Assembly: GCA_963719225.1 (NCBI GenBank)
Contig: CAVRAY010000002.1
Coordinates: 320,001-384,000 of the forward strand
Direction of reading: 5' to 3'
Source: Thermoanaerobaculia bacterium
Lineage (GTDB): Bacteria; Acidobacteriota; Thermoanaerobaculia; UBA5066
DNA: 64,000 bases
Made by a program: the position numbers and the translations under genes. The notes beneath the pieces are model-generated. The model saw nothing but the letters and a program-made list of their open reading frames with translations. It did not search any database and was not told the DNA's origin. How positions within the stretch are numbered: position 1 is the first letter of the stretch; every line of letters begins with the position of its first letter. Below are positions 44,017 to 54,281 of this stretch, one piece after another.

Positions 44017-44957
44017 GCGAACGCGTGGTCCTGGCGCGGGCGCGTCCGGAGCGTGCCGACGAGGTCGGACACGCGCGCGACGCGGTGCCGTTCGCACCAG
44101 AGCGCGAGCTCCCCGACGAGCCGGCCCGCGAGCGAGGGGTCGCGGAAGTTCGCGGTTCCGATCTGGACCGCATTCGCGCCCGCCACGAGGAACTCGACGA
44201 CGTTCTCGACCGTCTCGATCCCGCCCATCCCGAAAATCGGGATCTTGGGAAGGGCCGTTCTGACCTCCCACACCATGCGCAACGCGATCGGCCGGATCGC
44301 CGGGCCCGAGAGACCGCCAGTCGTGAACCCGATCTTCGGCTCGCGGCGTTCCAGGTCGATCGCGAGCCCGACGACGGTATTGATGAGGGAAAGCGCATCG
44401 GCCCCCGCATCCACGGCCGCCCGGGCGGACGCGACGATGTCGGTCACGTTCGGCGAGAGCTTCACGACGAGCGGATGGCGCGTCGCGGAACGGACCCTCT
44501 TCACGAGGGCGGCGAGCGCCTCGGGATTGTTCCCGAAGATCATGCCGCCCCGCACGACGTTCGGACATGAGACATTCACCTCGATCGCCGCCACGCGCCG
44601 CTCGTTGCCGATGCGCTCCACGACCGCGACGTAGTCCTCCTCGGTGTCGCCCCACACGTTCGCGATCACGGTCGCGCCGAGGCGTGCGAGCTCGGGGAGC
44701 TTTTCGGTGAGAAACGCGTCGATCCCCACGTTCTGCAGCCCGATCGCGTTCAGCATTCCGGCATCCGTCTCGCAGATCCTCGGGGGCGGGTTGCCGAGGC
44801 ATTCCCTCCGCGAGAGCCCCTTCACGGAAATCGCGCCGAGCGACGCGAGGTCGAGATAGTCGGTGAACTCGAGGCCGTAGCCGAACGTGCCGGACGCCGT
44901 CGCGATCGGATTCTTGAGGCGCAGCCGGCCGAAGGCCGTGGAGAGATCGACGGTCAT
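44013..44957 (-). CDS. pyrD: dihydroorotate dehydrogenase class 1B, catalytic subunit
   Basis: [32 protein letters not shown]. Confidence 0.96.
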   Translation of the reverse strand: MTVDLSTAFGRLRLKNPIATASGTFGYGLEFTDYLDLASLGAISVKGLSRRECLGNPPPRICETDAGMLNAIGLQNVGIDAFLTEKLPELARLGATVIANVWGDTEEDYVAVVERIGNERRVAAIEVNVSCPNVVRGGMIFGNNPEALAALVKRVRSATRHPLVVKLSPNVTDIVASARAAVDAGADALSLINTVVGLAIDLERREPKIGFTTGGLSGPAIRPIALRMVWEVRTALPKIPIFGMGGIETVENVVEFLVAGANAVQIGTANFRDPSLAGRLVGELALWCERHRVARVSDLVGTLRTRPRQDHAFA

Positions 44958-44961
44958 GGGT

Positions 44962-45768
44962 TCACAGTCGCGTCCAATCGATCGCGGTGGGAGGTACGCA
45001 GGGGCCTTCCTTGCAGATCGTCGCGAAGCGGCCATCCGCCATCGGGACCACGCAGCCCAGGCAGACGCCGAAACCGCAGGCCATCTCGGATTCCATCGCG
45101 AACGAAGCCTCGAGGTTGGTCTCGTCGAGAAGCCGCGCGAGGGCGCGGAACATGGGCACGGGGCCGCAGGCATAGACGCGGCGATAACGCGCGCCCCCCT
45201 GGAGTGCGTGGTGGAGCAGCTCGGTCACACGCCCCTTCCGTCCGAGCGACCCGTCGTCCGTGGCGTAGCGGCAGCGGTGAGGCCCCAGGAAACGCTCGAA
45301 GTCGCCGCGTTTCAGGACGTCGTTTTCGTTCCGGCCGCCGTAGAAGAGATCCGCCCCGATACCCTGCGCCGCGAGTGTCCGCGCGAGAAGCACGAGGGGG
45401 GCGAGACCGATCCCGCCGGCGACGAGCGCGACGCGGTCCGCGGGCTGAAGGTCGTCGATCGGGAAAGGCACCCCCAGGGGACCGAGGACGGGAAGCGGCG
45501 TCCCTTCGGCGAAACGCGCGAGCGCGGCCGTTCCGACTCCCGCGATCTTGACGACGAACTCCATCGCGGGCACGCCCGCGAGCTTCGTGACGTCGGCGAT
45601 GGAGAACGCGCGCCGGAGGTACGGGCGCAGGCCCTCGCCGGCCTGGATCATGGCGAAATGACCCGGTTGCGTCCGCGCGCCGATCGAGCCGGCCGAGAGG
45701 AACAGGGAATAGTGCTGGTCGTCGTAGTGGATCGTCTTGAGGACGCGGAGCGATTCGTTGACGGGCAT
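44962..45768 (-). CDS. pyrK: dihydroorotate dehydrogenase electron transfer subunit
   Basis: RRAFSI, GPLG, AGGIGLAP, CGP, MACGFGVCLGC...C.EGP. Confidence 0.95.
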   Translation of the reverse strand: MPVNESLRVLKTIHYDDQHYSLFLSAGSIGARTQPGHFAMIQAGEGLRPYLRRAFSIADVTKLAGVPAMEFVVKIAGVGTAALARFAEGTPLPVLGPLGVPFPIDDLQPADRVALVAGGIGLAPLVLLARTLAAQGIGADLFYGGRNENDVLKRGDFERFLGPHRCRYATDDGSLGRKGRVTELLHHALQGGARYRRVYACGPVPMFRALARLLDETNLEASFAMESEMACGFGVCLGCVVPMADGRFATICKEGPCVPPTAIDWTRL

Positions 45769-45801
45769 CAGGAAGGAGGCGAGACTCGCCGGGCGCGGAT
45801 T

Positions 45802-47466
45802 ATGAGCGAGGGACGACCGGTGTACCACCTCCCTCTCGCGGGTGCGCTCGCGGGCCTCGCAGCGGGCGATCTCCTGCTGGGCCTCAATCCGGAGCTTTCG
45901 GACGCTCTCTCGGCGGCGCGACTCCTTCTCGTCGCCGCCTCGAGCGGGGCCTGTCTCGCCTTGCCGGTCCTTCTCCTGCCGCGCGCGCGGCGTTCCTCTC
46001 GCGCCGGCGCGGCCTGGAGCGCGGGCGCCCTCGCGGTGTTCGGCGTCTTCGTCGAGTTCCAAAGGCAGGCGCTCCACGACTTCGTGCCCGCGGGAGGTCG
46101 GCGCGTCCTCGTCGCGACGGCGGTGGCGGCCTTCCTCTCCGCCGGCGCTCTCGCCGCGGGCGCCAGGAGCGGCGGGGGGACCGCACGAACCCTTTCGATC
46201 CCGATCGTCCTCTTCCTCCTGCCGCCCCTCGCGCTCCGGCATGCCCCGGAACGGCGGTCCGAGGTCACGCCCCCGGACACGCTGCGCGTCCCGCGGCGGA
46301 ATCTTCTCGTCGTCGGGCTCGAGGGCGCCTCCTGGGGTCTCCTCACGACCTACGCCTCCGAGGGTGCCATGCCGGTCGTCGCGCGGCTCCTGCGCGAAGG
46401 CGCCGCAGGGCCGCTCGCGGCGCTCGCTCCGTACGATCGTGCCGCGCTCTGGACGACGGCGGCGACCGGCAAGAAGCCGCTGAAGCATGGTGTCGTCTCC
46501 TCGCGACGCTGGAGGACTCCCGCGGGCTCCCTTCGGCTCCTGCCCGTTCTGCCCGGATCTCCGGTTCCCGGAGGCGAACGGTCGGGCATCGATGCTTCGG
46601 CCGGCCGCCGCAGCCTGACGTTCTGGGAGATCCTCGCGTCTCGTGGTCACGAGGCGGCCGTTCTCGACTGGCCTGCGTCGTCTCCGGCGCGCGAGGGCCT
46701 CGTCCTGTGGGCGAGCGACGCCTTTTTCGACGGCGACGCAAGCGCCGCTGCCGCGCGTCCTCCGAAAGCCGCCCAGCGGGCCCGACTTTTCCGCGTGGCG
46801 CCCAGCGGGCTCGATCGACCGCTCGCTCGGTCGCTCGTGCCGCGGGGCGTCGAGGGAGACGAGGCCCGGCTCGATCCGCTGCGCGGGGCGGCGCGCGACC
46901 TGTCGGTGGCCGGGGCCGCTCTCGCCGCGCTGCCGCAGGGCCCGCTCAACGTTTCGGCGCTCGTCCTTTCCGGTCTCGCCGAGGCGGGGGCGCTCTCGGG
47001 CGCCGCGGAGAACGCCCGCTACTGGGGATTCTCCTTTCCGGAAAAGGAAGCCGAAGCCAGAGCCGCGGCGCTGCGCGCCTATTACCGTTTTCTCGACGAC
47101 CTTCTCGGGGAGATTCTCGAGCGCGAAGGGAAGGAGCGCACCATCTGCCTCTTCGCTCCCGTGGGATGGGGGCCGCCGCCCACGCTCGAGGCGATCTCGC
47201 TCTTCCTGCGCGGGCAGCGGCCCGCGGCGAGCCCCGACGCCGCGCGGGACGGCTTCGTCCTTTTCGCGGGAGCCGGCGTCCGGTCGGGCGTGCGTCTCAC
47301 GTCCGCGACCGTCCTCGATCTCGCGCCGACTCTGCTCGTCCTCGCCGGGGAGCCCCTCGCCCGCGACATGGACGGGCGCGTCCTCGCCGAGGTCTTCGAC
47401 GAGCGTTTCACGGAGTCGGAGAGCGTTCCGATCGTGGCGACGTTCGAGGAGTCGGGGCCGCAGTGA
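45802..47466 (+). CDS. membrane-anchored alkaline-phosphatase/NPP-superfamily protein with degenerate active site
   Basis: N-terminal TM helices; VVGLEGASW, WTTAATG...HGV, DLAPTLL...MDGRVL. Confidence 0.8.
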   Translation: MSEGRPVYHLPLAGALAGLAAGDLLLGLNPELSDALSAARLLLVAASSGACLALPVLLLPRARRSSRAGAAWSAGALAVFGVFVEFQRQALHDFVPAGGRRVLVATAVAAFLSAGALAAGARSGGGTARTLSIPIVLFLLPPLALRHAPERRSEVTPPDTLRVPRRNLLVVGLEGASWGLLTTYASEGAMPVVARLLREGAAGPLAALAPYDRAALWTTAATGKKPLKHGVVSSRRWRTPAGSLRLLPVLPGSPVPGGERSGIDASAGRRSLTFWEILASRGHEAAVLDWPASSPAREGLVLWASDAFFDGDASAAAARPPKAAQRARLFRVAPSGLDRPLARSLVPRGVEGDEARLDPLRGAARDLSVAGAALAALPQGPLNVSALVLSGLAEAGALSGAAENARYWGFSFPEKEAEARAAALRAYYRFLDDLLGEILEREGKERTICLFAPVGWGPPPTLEAISLFLRGQRPAASPDAARDGFVLFAGAGVRSGVRLTSATVLDLAPTLLVLAGEPLARDMDGRVLAEVFDERFTESESVPIVATFEESGPQ

Positions 47467-49319
47467 ACGACGCGGAAAAAAGAACGCGCGCCGTCATCCT
47501 CATCGTTCTCGCCGCCCTCGGCGTCTTCCTGCGCGTCGTCAAGGCGGGGGACTGGCCCCGAGGGCCATGGATCGACGAGCTCTACTTCGTGCGCGCCGCG
47601 CGCCTTGCGGTCGTCGCGGATTCTTGGTCCCTCTTCGGCACGACGCCGATGCAGCCTACGGACTTTCTCTTCTCGAACGGCTGGCGGTACTACCCGACCA
47701 ACCTCTTTCTGCTTCCCCTCGCGGCCGCCGACCGGCTTGCCGGCGGGGGCATGGCCTCCGTCCGCCTCATCGCGCTCGGTTCCGGCGTCCTCTTGTTCCT
47801 CGCGTCACTCGCGCTCGCGAGAGAGGCCGCGAGCGAGAGGCCGCGCGCGTTCCTGCCGGCGGCCGTCCTCCTCGCGACGTCGCTCTGGATGCTGACGCAG
47901 GCGAGGTGGGCGAGCGACGTCGTCCTCACGTCGGCGGTCGTGACGGCGGCGGGGGCGGCAGGTCTGAGAGCGTGGAGGCGCTCCTCTCCGGCGTGGGCGA
48001 TCACGTCGGGAGCCCTGTTCGGCCTCGGGGCGGCGGGCTATCCTTCGGCGCGACTCTCCCTCGTGCTGCCGGCGGCTCTCTTGGTCGTCGCCTGGGTCAA
48101 GGGCCATCGCGTCGTCCGCCGCCTGGCGCTCGTCGCACTTCTCGCGGAAATCGCCATCATCGCGCCCCTGGCAGTCACGTACGCGCGGCACCCTGAGCGC
48201 TTGACGGCGCACGTGAGGGATCTCTCGATCCTTTCCCGTCCCCCGGGGGAAGCGCAGCGGGCGTTTTTCGCGAACGTGCGCGACTACGCGGCGCTCTTCT
48301 TCGTGCGCGGGGACGTCCTTCCCCGACACGGCGATCCCGACCGGCCGGTCGTCCTCGCGGGCGTGGGCGCTCTCCTCGTCCTCGGGGCCGCGGCCGGCGT
48401 GTCACGTCACGGCGTCGAGCGGCTCTGCCTCCTCCCGATCGCGGTCTTTCTCGCGGGCGGTCTCCTCGCGCGCGACACGGAAAGCGCGAACGCGAGCCGG
48501 ATCTCGCTCGCGTCTCCCTTCGTCCTCACGCTCGCGGCGCTCGGAGCCGCCGCTCTCGTGGAGACGCTCCCGCCGCGCGACCGGCGGGCGGGGACGGCAG
48601 CCGTTCTGGGCCTCGTCGGCGTGACGGCCCTGCTCGACGTGACGGGTTTCGTCCGCTGGGTCACGGGGGCGCATGTCGAGAACAGCTTCGGCGTCTCGGA
48701 GCGGCGCCTCGCCGAGGCGATCGAAATCGAACGGCACCGCTCTCCAGCCGAGGTCCTCGTACACCCGGTCCGTGCCGCGCGGAACGTGTACTTCGTCGAC
48801 GTTCTTCTCGGCCGCCCGGGCGACGGCGGGAGCCATGCCGTTGGGATTGGAACGGCGGGCATCGAGACGGCCTGGACCCGCGTCCCTCAAGCGGACGTTC
48901 TCTTCGCGGCGGACGGAGCTCCCGAGGTCCGAGGGACGATGGCGAGCCTGGGAGCAACGCTCGTCGCCCACGCGAGTCCCGGGGAAGGCGGGTTGCCGTG
49001 GGTGCTCTATCGGATTCCACGCGAGGCCGCTCTGCGCGCGGCCGAGCGGGCTCTCCGCGACGCGGTCCCGATGCCCGCCGCGGGAGGAAACTTTTTCGCT
49101 CCCGAAGACGGCCTCTACGTGCTCGCGACACAAGGCGGAATGCAGGTTGCGCTCGACGGGCGCGTGCTTCTCCATGGGAACGCCGGGGGACACGTCGTTC
49201 TGCGTCTCGCGAAGGGATGGCATCTTCTCGTCGCCGACCGGCGGCGACCCGCGGCGGGCCTCCGTGTCGTGGCGCCGAGCGGGTTCGCACTGCCGATGGA
49301 AGAGCTGGATCCGCCGTAA
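47463..49319 (+). CDS. GT-C (GT39/PMT/ArnT-like) glycosyltransferase with C-terminal soluble domain
   Basis: R..A.D.P.G.WIDE motif after the first TM, many TM helices, YPSAR; GTGA overlap with upstream gene. Confidence 0.78.
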   Translation: MNDAEKRTRAVILIVLAALGVFLRVVKAGDWPRGPWIDELYFVRAARLAVVADSWSLFGTTPMQPTDFLFSNGWRYYPTNLFLLPLAAADRLAGGGMASVRLIALGSGVLLFLASLALAREAASERPRAFLPAAVLLATSLWMLTQARWASDVVLTSAVVTAAGAAGLRAWRRSSPAWAITSGALFGLGAAGYPSARLSLVLPAALLVVAWVKGHRVVRRLALVALLAEIAIIAPLAVTYARHPERLTAHVRDLSILSRPPGEAQRAFFANVRDYAALFFVRGDVLPRHGDPDRPVVLAGVGALLVLGAAAGVSRHGVERLCLLPIAVFLAGGLLARDTESANASRISLASPFVLTLAALGAAALVETLPPRDRRAGTAAVLGLVGVTALLDVTGFVRWVTGAHVENSFGVSERRLAEAIEIERHRSPAEVLVHPVRAARNVYFVDVLLGRPGDGGSHAVGIGTAGIETAWTRVPQADVLFAADGAPEVRGTMASLGATLVAHASPGEGGLPWVLYRIPREAALRAAERALRDAVPMPAAGGNFFAPEDGLYVLATQGGMQVALDGRVLLHGNAGGHVVLRLAKGWHLLVADRRRPAAGLRVVAPSGFALPMEELDPP

Positions 49320-49323
49320 GGAA

Positions 49324-50253
49324 TCAGACCGCCAGGGCCAGGGCGAGCGCCTCGTGGAACGCGGCGGGCGTCTCGAGCGGCCCATCATGTCCCGCGCCCG
49401 GGAGGACGACGAGTCGCGGCTCCCGCATCCGCGCGGCGGCCGCGCGGGCGATCCCGAGCGGAAAAAGCGTCTCCCTCTCTCCCCAGATCAGAGTCGTTCC
49501 TGCCGGCAGCTCACCGAGGTGCTCGTAGAGGCCGTCGGCCTCGCTCAGTCTCGCGACCGTGGCGGCTGCGGCTCCGCCGCCGTAGTTTCGGCCGAAAGCA
49601 TCGAGAACGAAGCCCAGAGAGGGTGCGGGCTTCCGGAAGAAGAGGAGATCGAAGATGCGGCGGGCCCCCGCGCGGTCCAGGGGCAGGACGCGTGCGCGCT
49701 CGGCGTCGACGTCGGAGGGAATCGAGAGACCACCCGCGTCCACGAGGACGAGGTGGCCCGTCTTCCGAGGAAATTTCAGCGCGTACCACCCCGCCGTCCA
49801 GCCGCCGAGGGAGTGACCGACGAGATCGAATTTCTCGAGCGCCAGCGCGCGCGCGAGAGAATCGAGCGCCTCGAGGCGGCCCGCGAGCCCGTAGCCCGCC
49901 GCGTCCCGCGGCGGGTCGCTCCGGCCCGATCCCGGCCCGTCCGGCAGAATCACGGTGCGGCCGCGCCGGGCGAGAAAGCGCGCCGCATCCGCCCAGTACG
50001 TCGCATCGGCGCCGAGGCCGTGGAGCAAGACGACCGGCCGCTCGGCCGAAAGCGGCCCGAGGACGAACGCCGACAGAGTCGTTCCATCGTCGGCCGCGAA
50101 CACCTCGCGCCTGGCGCCGGCGAAAGCCAGCCGCGTCTCCTGGATCGAGCGGTAGACGGGCAGCGGATCCACCGCGACGGCCCCGAAGAGAAAACAGAAC
50201 GAAAATGCTATTGCACCCAGGACGGCAAGGCGAAGCGACCGCCGCGAACTCAT
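49324..50253 (-). CDS. alpha/beta hydrolase
   Basis: LLHGLG, PGSGRS, GHSLGG, IWGE, GH. Confidence 0.92.
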   Translation of the reverse strand: MSSRRSLRLAVLGAIAFSFCFLFGAVAVDPLPVYRSIQETRLAFAGARREVFAADDGTTLSAFVLGPLSAERPVVLLHGLGADATYWADAARFLARRGRTVILPDGPGSGRSDPPRDAAGYGLAGRLEALDSLARALALEKFDLVGHSLGGWTAGWYALKFPRKTGHLVLVDAGGLSIPSDVDAERARVLPLDRAGARRIFDLLFFRKPAPSLGFVLDAFGRNYGGGAAAATVARLSEADGLYEHLGELPAGTTLIWGERETLFPLGIARAAAARMREPRLVVLPGAGHDGPLETPAAFHEALALALAV

Positions 50254-50261
50254 CTAAGAAA

Positions 50262-50286
50262 TCTTCTCTTCTCTTCTCTTCTCTTC
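50262..50286. repeat. (TCTTC)5 microsatellite
   Basis: Five perfect copies between the E1 stop and the hydrolase ATG. Confidence 0.9.
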
Positions 50287-52422
50287 CTAGTACGCGACGA
50301 GGTCGCGGAGCGCCGCGAGGATGTCCGCGCTCTGCGGGAGCGTGGCGTCCTCGAGCTGCGGCGCGTAACCGCAGAACACGTCCTTTGCGGCGACGCGGCG
50401 CACGGGGGCGTCGAGCCAGGCGAAGAGCTCGTCGGCGGCGCGCGCGGCGATCTCGGCGCCGAAGCCGTGCGTCTGCCAGTCCTCGTGCACGACGAGGAGC
50501 CGGTTCGTCCGCTTCACGCTTTCCGCGATGGCCGCGAAGTCGTAGGGCGCGAGGGAGCGCAAGTCGAGGATCTCCGCCTCCTTGCCGTCCTCCTCCGAGA
50601 GCCGGGCCGCCGCGACCGCGCTCCGGAAGACCGTGGCGCCGTACGTGACGACCGTGACGTCCGACCCGGGCCTCACGGTCTTCGCCTTGCCGAACGGGAT
50701 CATGAAATCCGGACCCGGATAGCGTCCCTTGTTGTGCGTCTGGCGATAGAGGTGCTTGTGCTCGAGGAAGAGCACGGGATCGTCGCAGCGGATCGCGGTC
50801 CTCAGGAGGCCGTTCGCGTCGAGGGCGTTCGACGGCATCACGACGCGGAGGCCCGGGATGTGCGTGAAGGTCACTTCTCCCGACTGCGAGTGGTATGGCC
50901 CGCCGCCGGTGAGGTATCCGCCGATCGCCACCCGGATGACGACACCGGCGCGGAACGCTCCGCCCGAGCGCCAGCGGGTCGTGGCGAGCTCGTCGCGGAT
51001 CTCGAGCATCGCGGGCCAGATGTAGTCGAAGAACTGGATCTCGACGACGGGCTTCAGCCCGCGGGCGGCCCATCCGATCGCGCGTCCGACGATGCCCGCC
51101 TCGGCGAGCGGGGAATTGAAGACACGCGCCGCCCCGAATTCCTTCTGGAGGCCGGCCGTCACCTTGAAGACGCCGCCCTTGCCCTTGCACTCGTCGAGGA
51201 CGTCGGCGCGGGTCGCGTCGGCCACGTCCTCGCCCCACATCGCGATGCGTCGGTCGCGCGCCATCTCGTCGCGAAGGGCGGCATTGACGAGGTCCACCAT
51301 CGTCGTCGGCTCTCCCGTGAAGGCGGGCGCGTCTTCCGTGTCGAAGGCTTTGGATGTCGGGTCCACGTCGGGCGAATAGATGTTGGCGTAAACCGCGTCC
51401 GCCGCGGGCTGGGCCCGCCCGGCGGCCTCGTCCGCCGCGGCGTTCACCTCGGCGGCAACGTCCTCGCGCAGCTTCGCGAGGTCCTCGGCCGTGGCGAGCC
51501 CCGCCTGCTCCAGAAAGGCCGCGAAGAGCTCCAGCGGGTCGCGTTCGTGGTCCTTCTTTCGCTCGGCCTCGGGACGATAGAGCTTCTCGTCGTCGGAGAG
51601 GGAATGCGAGTAGGGGCGGATGACGTGCGCATGGACGAGAGACGGCCCCTTCCGATCGCGCGCGTACGCGAACGCGTAACGCATGGCGTCGTAGGAGGCC
51701 AGAAAATCGCACCCGTCCGTCTCGGCGACGAAGAGGCCCGGATACGACCGCACGAGCTTCGAGATGGAGCCGCCGGGCGTCTGCACCTCGACCGGCACCG
51801 AGATCGCGTAGCCGTTGTCCTCCACGACGAAGACGACGGGGAGCTTCAGGGTGCATGCCGAGTTCAGCGCCTCCCAGAACTCGCCTTCCGAGGTGGAGCC
51901 CTCTCCGATCGTGATGACGACGACTTCGTCCGAAGCCGCGTGCGCGATCGCGCCGGCGAGGGTTGTGGCCTCCTCGCGCTGGAGATATCGGCCGGCCTCC
52001 GCCGCGCCGACCCCCGGCAGGCATTCGGTGCTCGTGGGCGACGAGGTCGTGAAGATACGCAACGGGGCCGCGCCCCAGTGAGAAGGCATCTGCCGCCCCG
52101 CGGAGGCCGGGTCGTCCGCCGCGCCGAACGCCTGCAGGAACATGTCCCGAGGCGTCACGCCCAGGCCGAGGCAGAGCGCGCGGTCGCGGTAGTACGGGAA
52201 GAGCCAGTCCGAGCCTTTCCGCATGTGAAGCGCGATCGCCGTCTGGATCGCTTCGTGCCCGGCGCCGCTGATCTGGAAGAAGATCCTGTTCTGGCGCTTG
52301 AGCTGGATCTCCTTGTCGTCGATCCGGCGGGAGGTGACCATGTTCCGGTACACCCGGATGAGTTCGTCGCGCGAAAGCCCCTCGTAGGAGTCCGCTTTCG
52401 GCGGCGCGATTTCCGTCGCCAT
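50287..52422 (-). CDS. 2-oxoacid dehydrogenase E1, fused alpha/beta (branched-chain-like)
   Basis: [44 protein letters not shown]. Confidence 0.95.
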   Translation of the reverse strand: MATEIAPPKADSYEGLSRDELIRVYRNMVTSRRIDDKEIQLKRQNRIFFQISGAGHEAIQTAIALHMRKGSDWLFPYYRDRALCLGLGVTPRDMFLQAFGAADDPASAGRQMPSHWGAAPLRIFTTSSPTSTECLPGVGAAEAGRYLQREEATTLAGAIAHAASDEVVVITIGEGSTSEGEFWEALNSACTLKLPVVFVVEDNGYAISVPVEVQTPGGSISKLVRSYPGLFVAETDGCDFLASYDAMRYAFAYARDRKGPSLVHAHVIRPYSHSLSDDEKLYRPEAERKKDHERDPLELFAAFLEQAGLATAEDLAKLREDVAAEVNAAADEAAGRAQPAADAVYANIYSPDVDPTSKAFDTEDAPAFTGEPTTMVDLVNAALRDEMARDRRIAMWGEDVADATRADVLDECKGKGGVFKVTAGLQKEFGAARVFNSPLAEAGIVGRAIGWAARGLKPVVEIQFFDYIWPAMLEIRDELATTRWRSGGAFRAGVVIRVAIGGYLTGGGPYHSQSGEVTFTHIPGLRVVMPSNALDANGLLRTAIRCDDPVLFLEHKHLYRQTHNKGRYPGPDFMIPFGKAKTVRPGSDVTVVTYGATVFRSAVAAARLSEEDGKEAEILDLRSLAPYDFAAIAESVKRTNRLLVVHEDWQTHGFGAEIAARAADELFAWLDAPVRRVAAKDVFCGYAPQLEDATLPQSADILAALRDLVAY

Positions 52423-52464
52423 CGAGAGGAGATTACCGGAAAAAGCCGCGCCCGAGACGCCGCG

Positions 52465-53475
52465 CTATGCCGCGGGGTGCGCTTCGGGCTCGGGGGCGTC
52501 CGGGGTCCCGGAGGGGGCAGGCACGTGCCAGTCCGAGTGCGGCGCGCGGTTCTCGATGATCCAGCCCTTGAGGAGATCGCGATACGTGCGCGCCGGAATG
52601 CCTTCCTCCCTGAAAAAAGGCTCGAGCGCGTCGCTCAGGCCGGGCAGGCGGTAGAAGGGCACCGCGGGGAAGTAATGGTGCTCGAGGTGCAGGTGCGACC
52701 AGAGATAGACGAACTCCCAGAACGGCGAGCGCGCCATCCGGGTACCCCATTTCGCGGGCTCCTGGGGCACGATGTCGTAGTGCTGCCCGAGCCGGTTGAG
52801 CGCGAACGCGGGCGGGAAGACGAAGAACACCGGCACGGCATAGAGCCACAGGAGGCGCGAGGGCCCGCCGAAAAAGCCGATCGCCGAGGCGGCCAGGAGG
52901 TGCAGGCCGACGGCCGCGAGGCGCTCGCCGCGAATCCGCCGCCGGAGCGTTTCGGGATACGTGGCGGTCTCCTTTCCGGCGGCCCTGAAATAGATCGGGA
53001 AGAGCGCCGGGGTCGCGTAGAGAATCTTGAGCCACCGCGCGTTTTTCTTCGGCGAGAGGTGTGCGCGCTTCGGGTCCTCCGTCGTCGAGCCGAGCTCGGC
53101 GTGGTGGTCGAGGTGCCAGCGCGTGAACTGCGCGGGGGAGATGCCGGAGGGAAGGGCATAGGCGAGGCCGAGGAGGCGATAGGCGCGCGGCCGGTCGCCG
53201 TCGAAGACGGCCTTGTGGACGACCTCGTGAAGGAGGACGGTTCCGTCGAAGATGACGAAGCCGAGGACGAGCGCGCACGGCACGCGCACGAAGAGGCTCT
53301 CGAAGTGCCAGGAGAGCGCGAACGCGGCGGCGAAGAAGGCGAGCTGGCGGAAGGCGACCGCGAAGTGCCGCGCGGGGCTCTTCTGATGGAGCGTCTTCAG
53401 GACGTCGTGAGACACGGCGGCCGTGAGCCGTTTCCGAAGGTCCCCGATCGCGTGGTGGAAGTACCCGGACTTCAT
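52465..53475 (-). CDS. membrane fatty-acid desaturase-family protein
   Basis: His boxes HEVVH, HLDHH, HLEHH. Confidence 0.9.
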   Translation of the reverse strand: MKSGYFHHAIGDLRKRLTAAVSHDVLKTLHQKSPARHFAVAFRQLAFFAAAFALSWHFESLFVRVPCALVLGFVIFDGTVLLHEVVHKAVFDGDRPRAYRLLGLAYALPSGISPAQFTRWHLDHHAELGSTTEDPKRAHLSPKKNARWLKILYATPALFPIYFRAAGKETATYPETLRRRIRGERLAAVGLHLLAASAIGFFGGPSRLLWLYAVPVFFVFPPAFALNRLGQHYDIVPQEPAKWGTRMARSPFWEFVYLWSHLHLEHHYFPAVPFYRLPGLSDALEPFFREEGIPARTYRDLLKGWIIENRAPHSDWHVPAPSGTPDAPEPEAHPAA

Positions 53476-53509
53476 CCCGGGAAGAGATTACGCCGGATTC
53501 ACCCGCCGG

Positions 53510-53538
53510 TTGCAGCAGTGTGTATTGGTGTGTATGCT
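53510..53538 (+). promoter_or_regulatory. hicAB promoter with candidate operator
   Basis: TTGCAG-17 nt-TATGCT; direct repeat GTGTGTAT at 53518-53525 and 53528-53535. Confidence 0.7.
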
Positions 53539-53546
53539 CGGCCCTC

Positions 53547-53735
53547 GTGGACAGCCGCGTCGTCATCAGGAAGATCGAGGCGGCCGGTTGGAAGCATGTG
53601 AGGACGAGCGGGAGTCACTGGCATTTCAAACAGCCTTCCCGGCCCGGCATCGTGACCGTGCCGCATCCAAAAAGGGATCTACCGAAAGGCACGCTCAGGA
53701 GCATCGGGAAACAGAGCGGCGTCGATCTGAGCTGA
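53547..53735 (+). CDS. hicA: HicA toxin
   Basis: GW..VRTSGSHWHFK...VTVPHPKRDLPKGTLRSI. Confidence 0.95.
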   Translation: MDSRVVIRKIEAAGWKHVRTSGSHWHFKQPSRPGIVTVPHPKRDLPKGTLRSIGKQSGVDLS

Positions 53736-53744
53736 GAGGCGAAC

Positions 53745-54245
53745 ATGGCAGCGTATGTGGCACTCATCCGTAAGGAGCCGCGCAGCGACTACGGCGTGGA
53801 CTTTCCCGACTTTCCCGGATGCGTCAGCGCCGGTCGGACGCTCGACGAGGCCGTCGCGATGGCGCACGAGGCTCTCGCGGGGCACGTGGCCATGATGGTC
53901 GAGGAGGGCGAAAAGCTCCCGGCGCCGTCCCGCCTCGAGACGATCCTGAGAGATCCGCACAACAAGGGCGCGGTGCCGTTCCTCGTCTCCGTCCCCAACG
54001 GTGCGTCGAAGGCCGTTCGCGTGAACGTCACGATCCCGGGAGCCATTCTGGAGGCGATCGATGCGCGGGCCGAGGCACTCGGCGAAACGCGCTCAGGGCT
54101 CTTGACTCACGCAGCGATGTCTTTACTCAGGACGGCCGGCCCGAGGGCCAACGAGCGGACGGTCGACGTGGAGACCGCACTGAAAGCATCTCTCGAAGCT
54201 CGCGGGGGGCGGCGAAAGGAACGAAAGCTCCGGCGCGCTTCGTAG
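53745..54245 (+). CDS. hicB: HicB antitoxin (RHH) with C-terminal extension
   Basis: YGVDFPDFPGCVSAG.TLDEA, RVNVTIP...ID...TRSG. Confidence 0.95.
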   Translation: MAAYVALIRKEPRSDYGVDFPDFPGCVSAGRTLDEAVAMAHEALAGHVAMMVEEGEKLPAPSRLETILRDPHNKGAVPFLVSVPNGASKAVRVNVTIPGAILEAIDARAEALGETRSGLLTHAAMSLLRTAGPRANERTVDVETALKASLEARGGRRKERKLRRAS

Positions 54246-54281
54246 GCCATCCCCGACACTTATTTCTCTTCGTTCCGAGCT

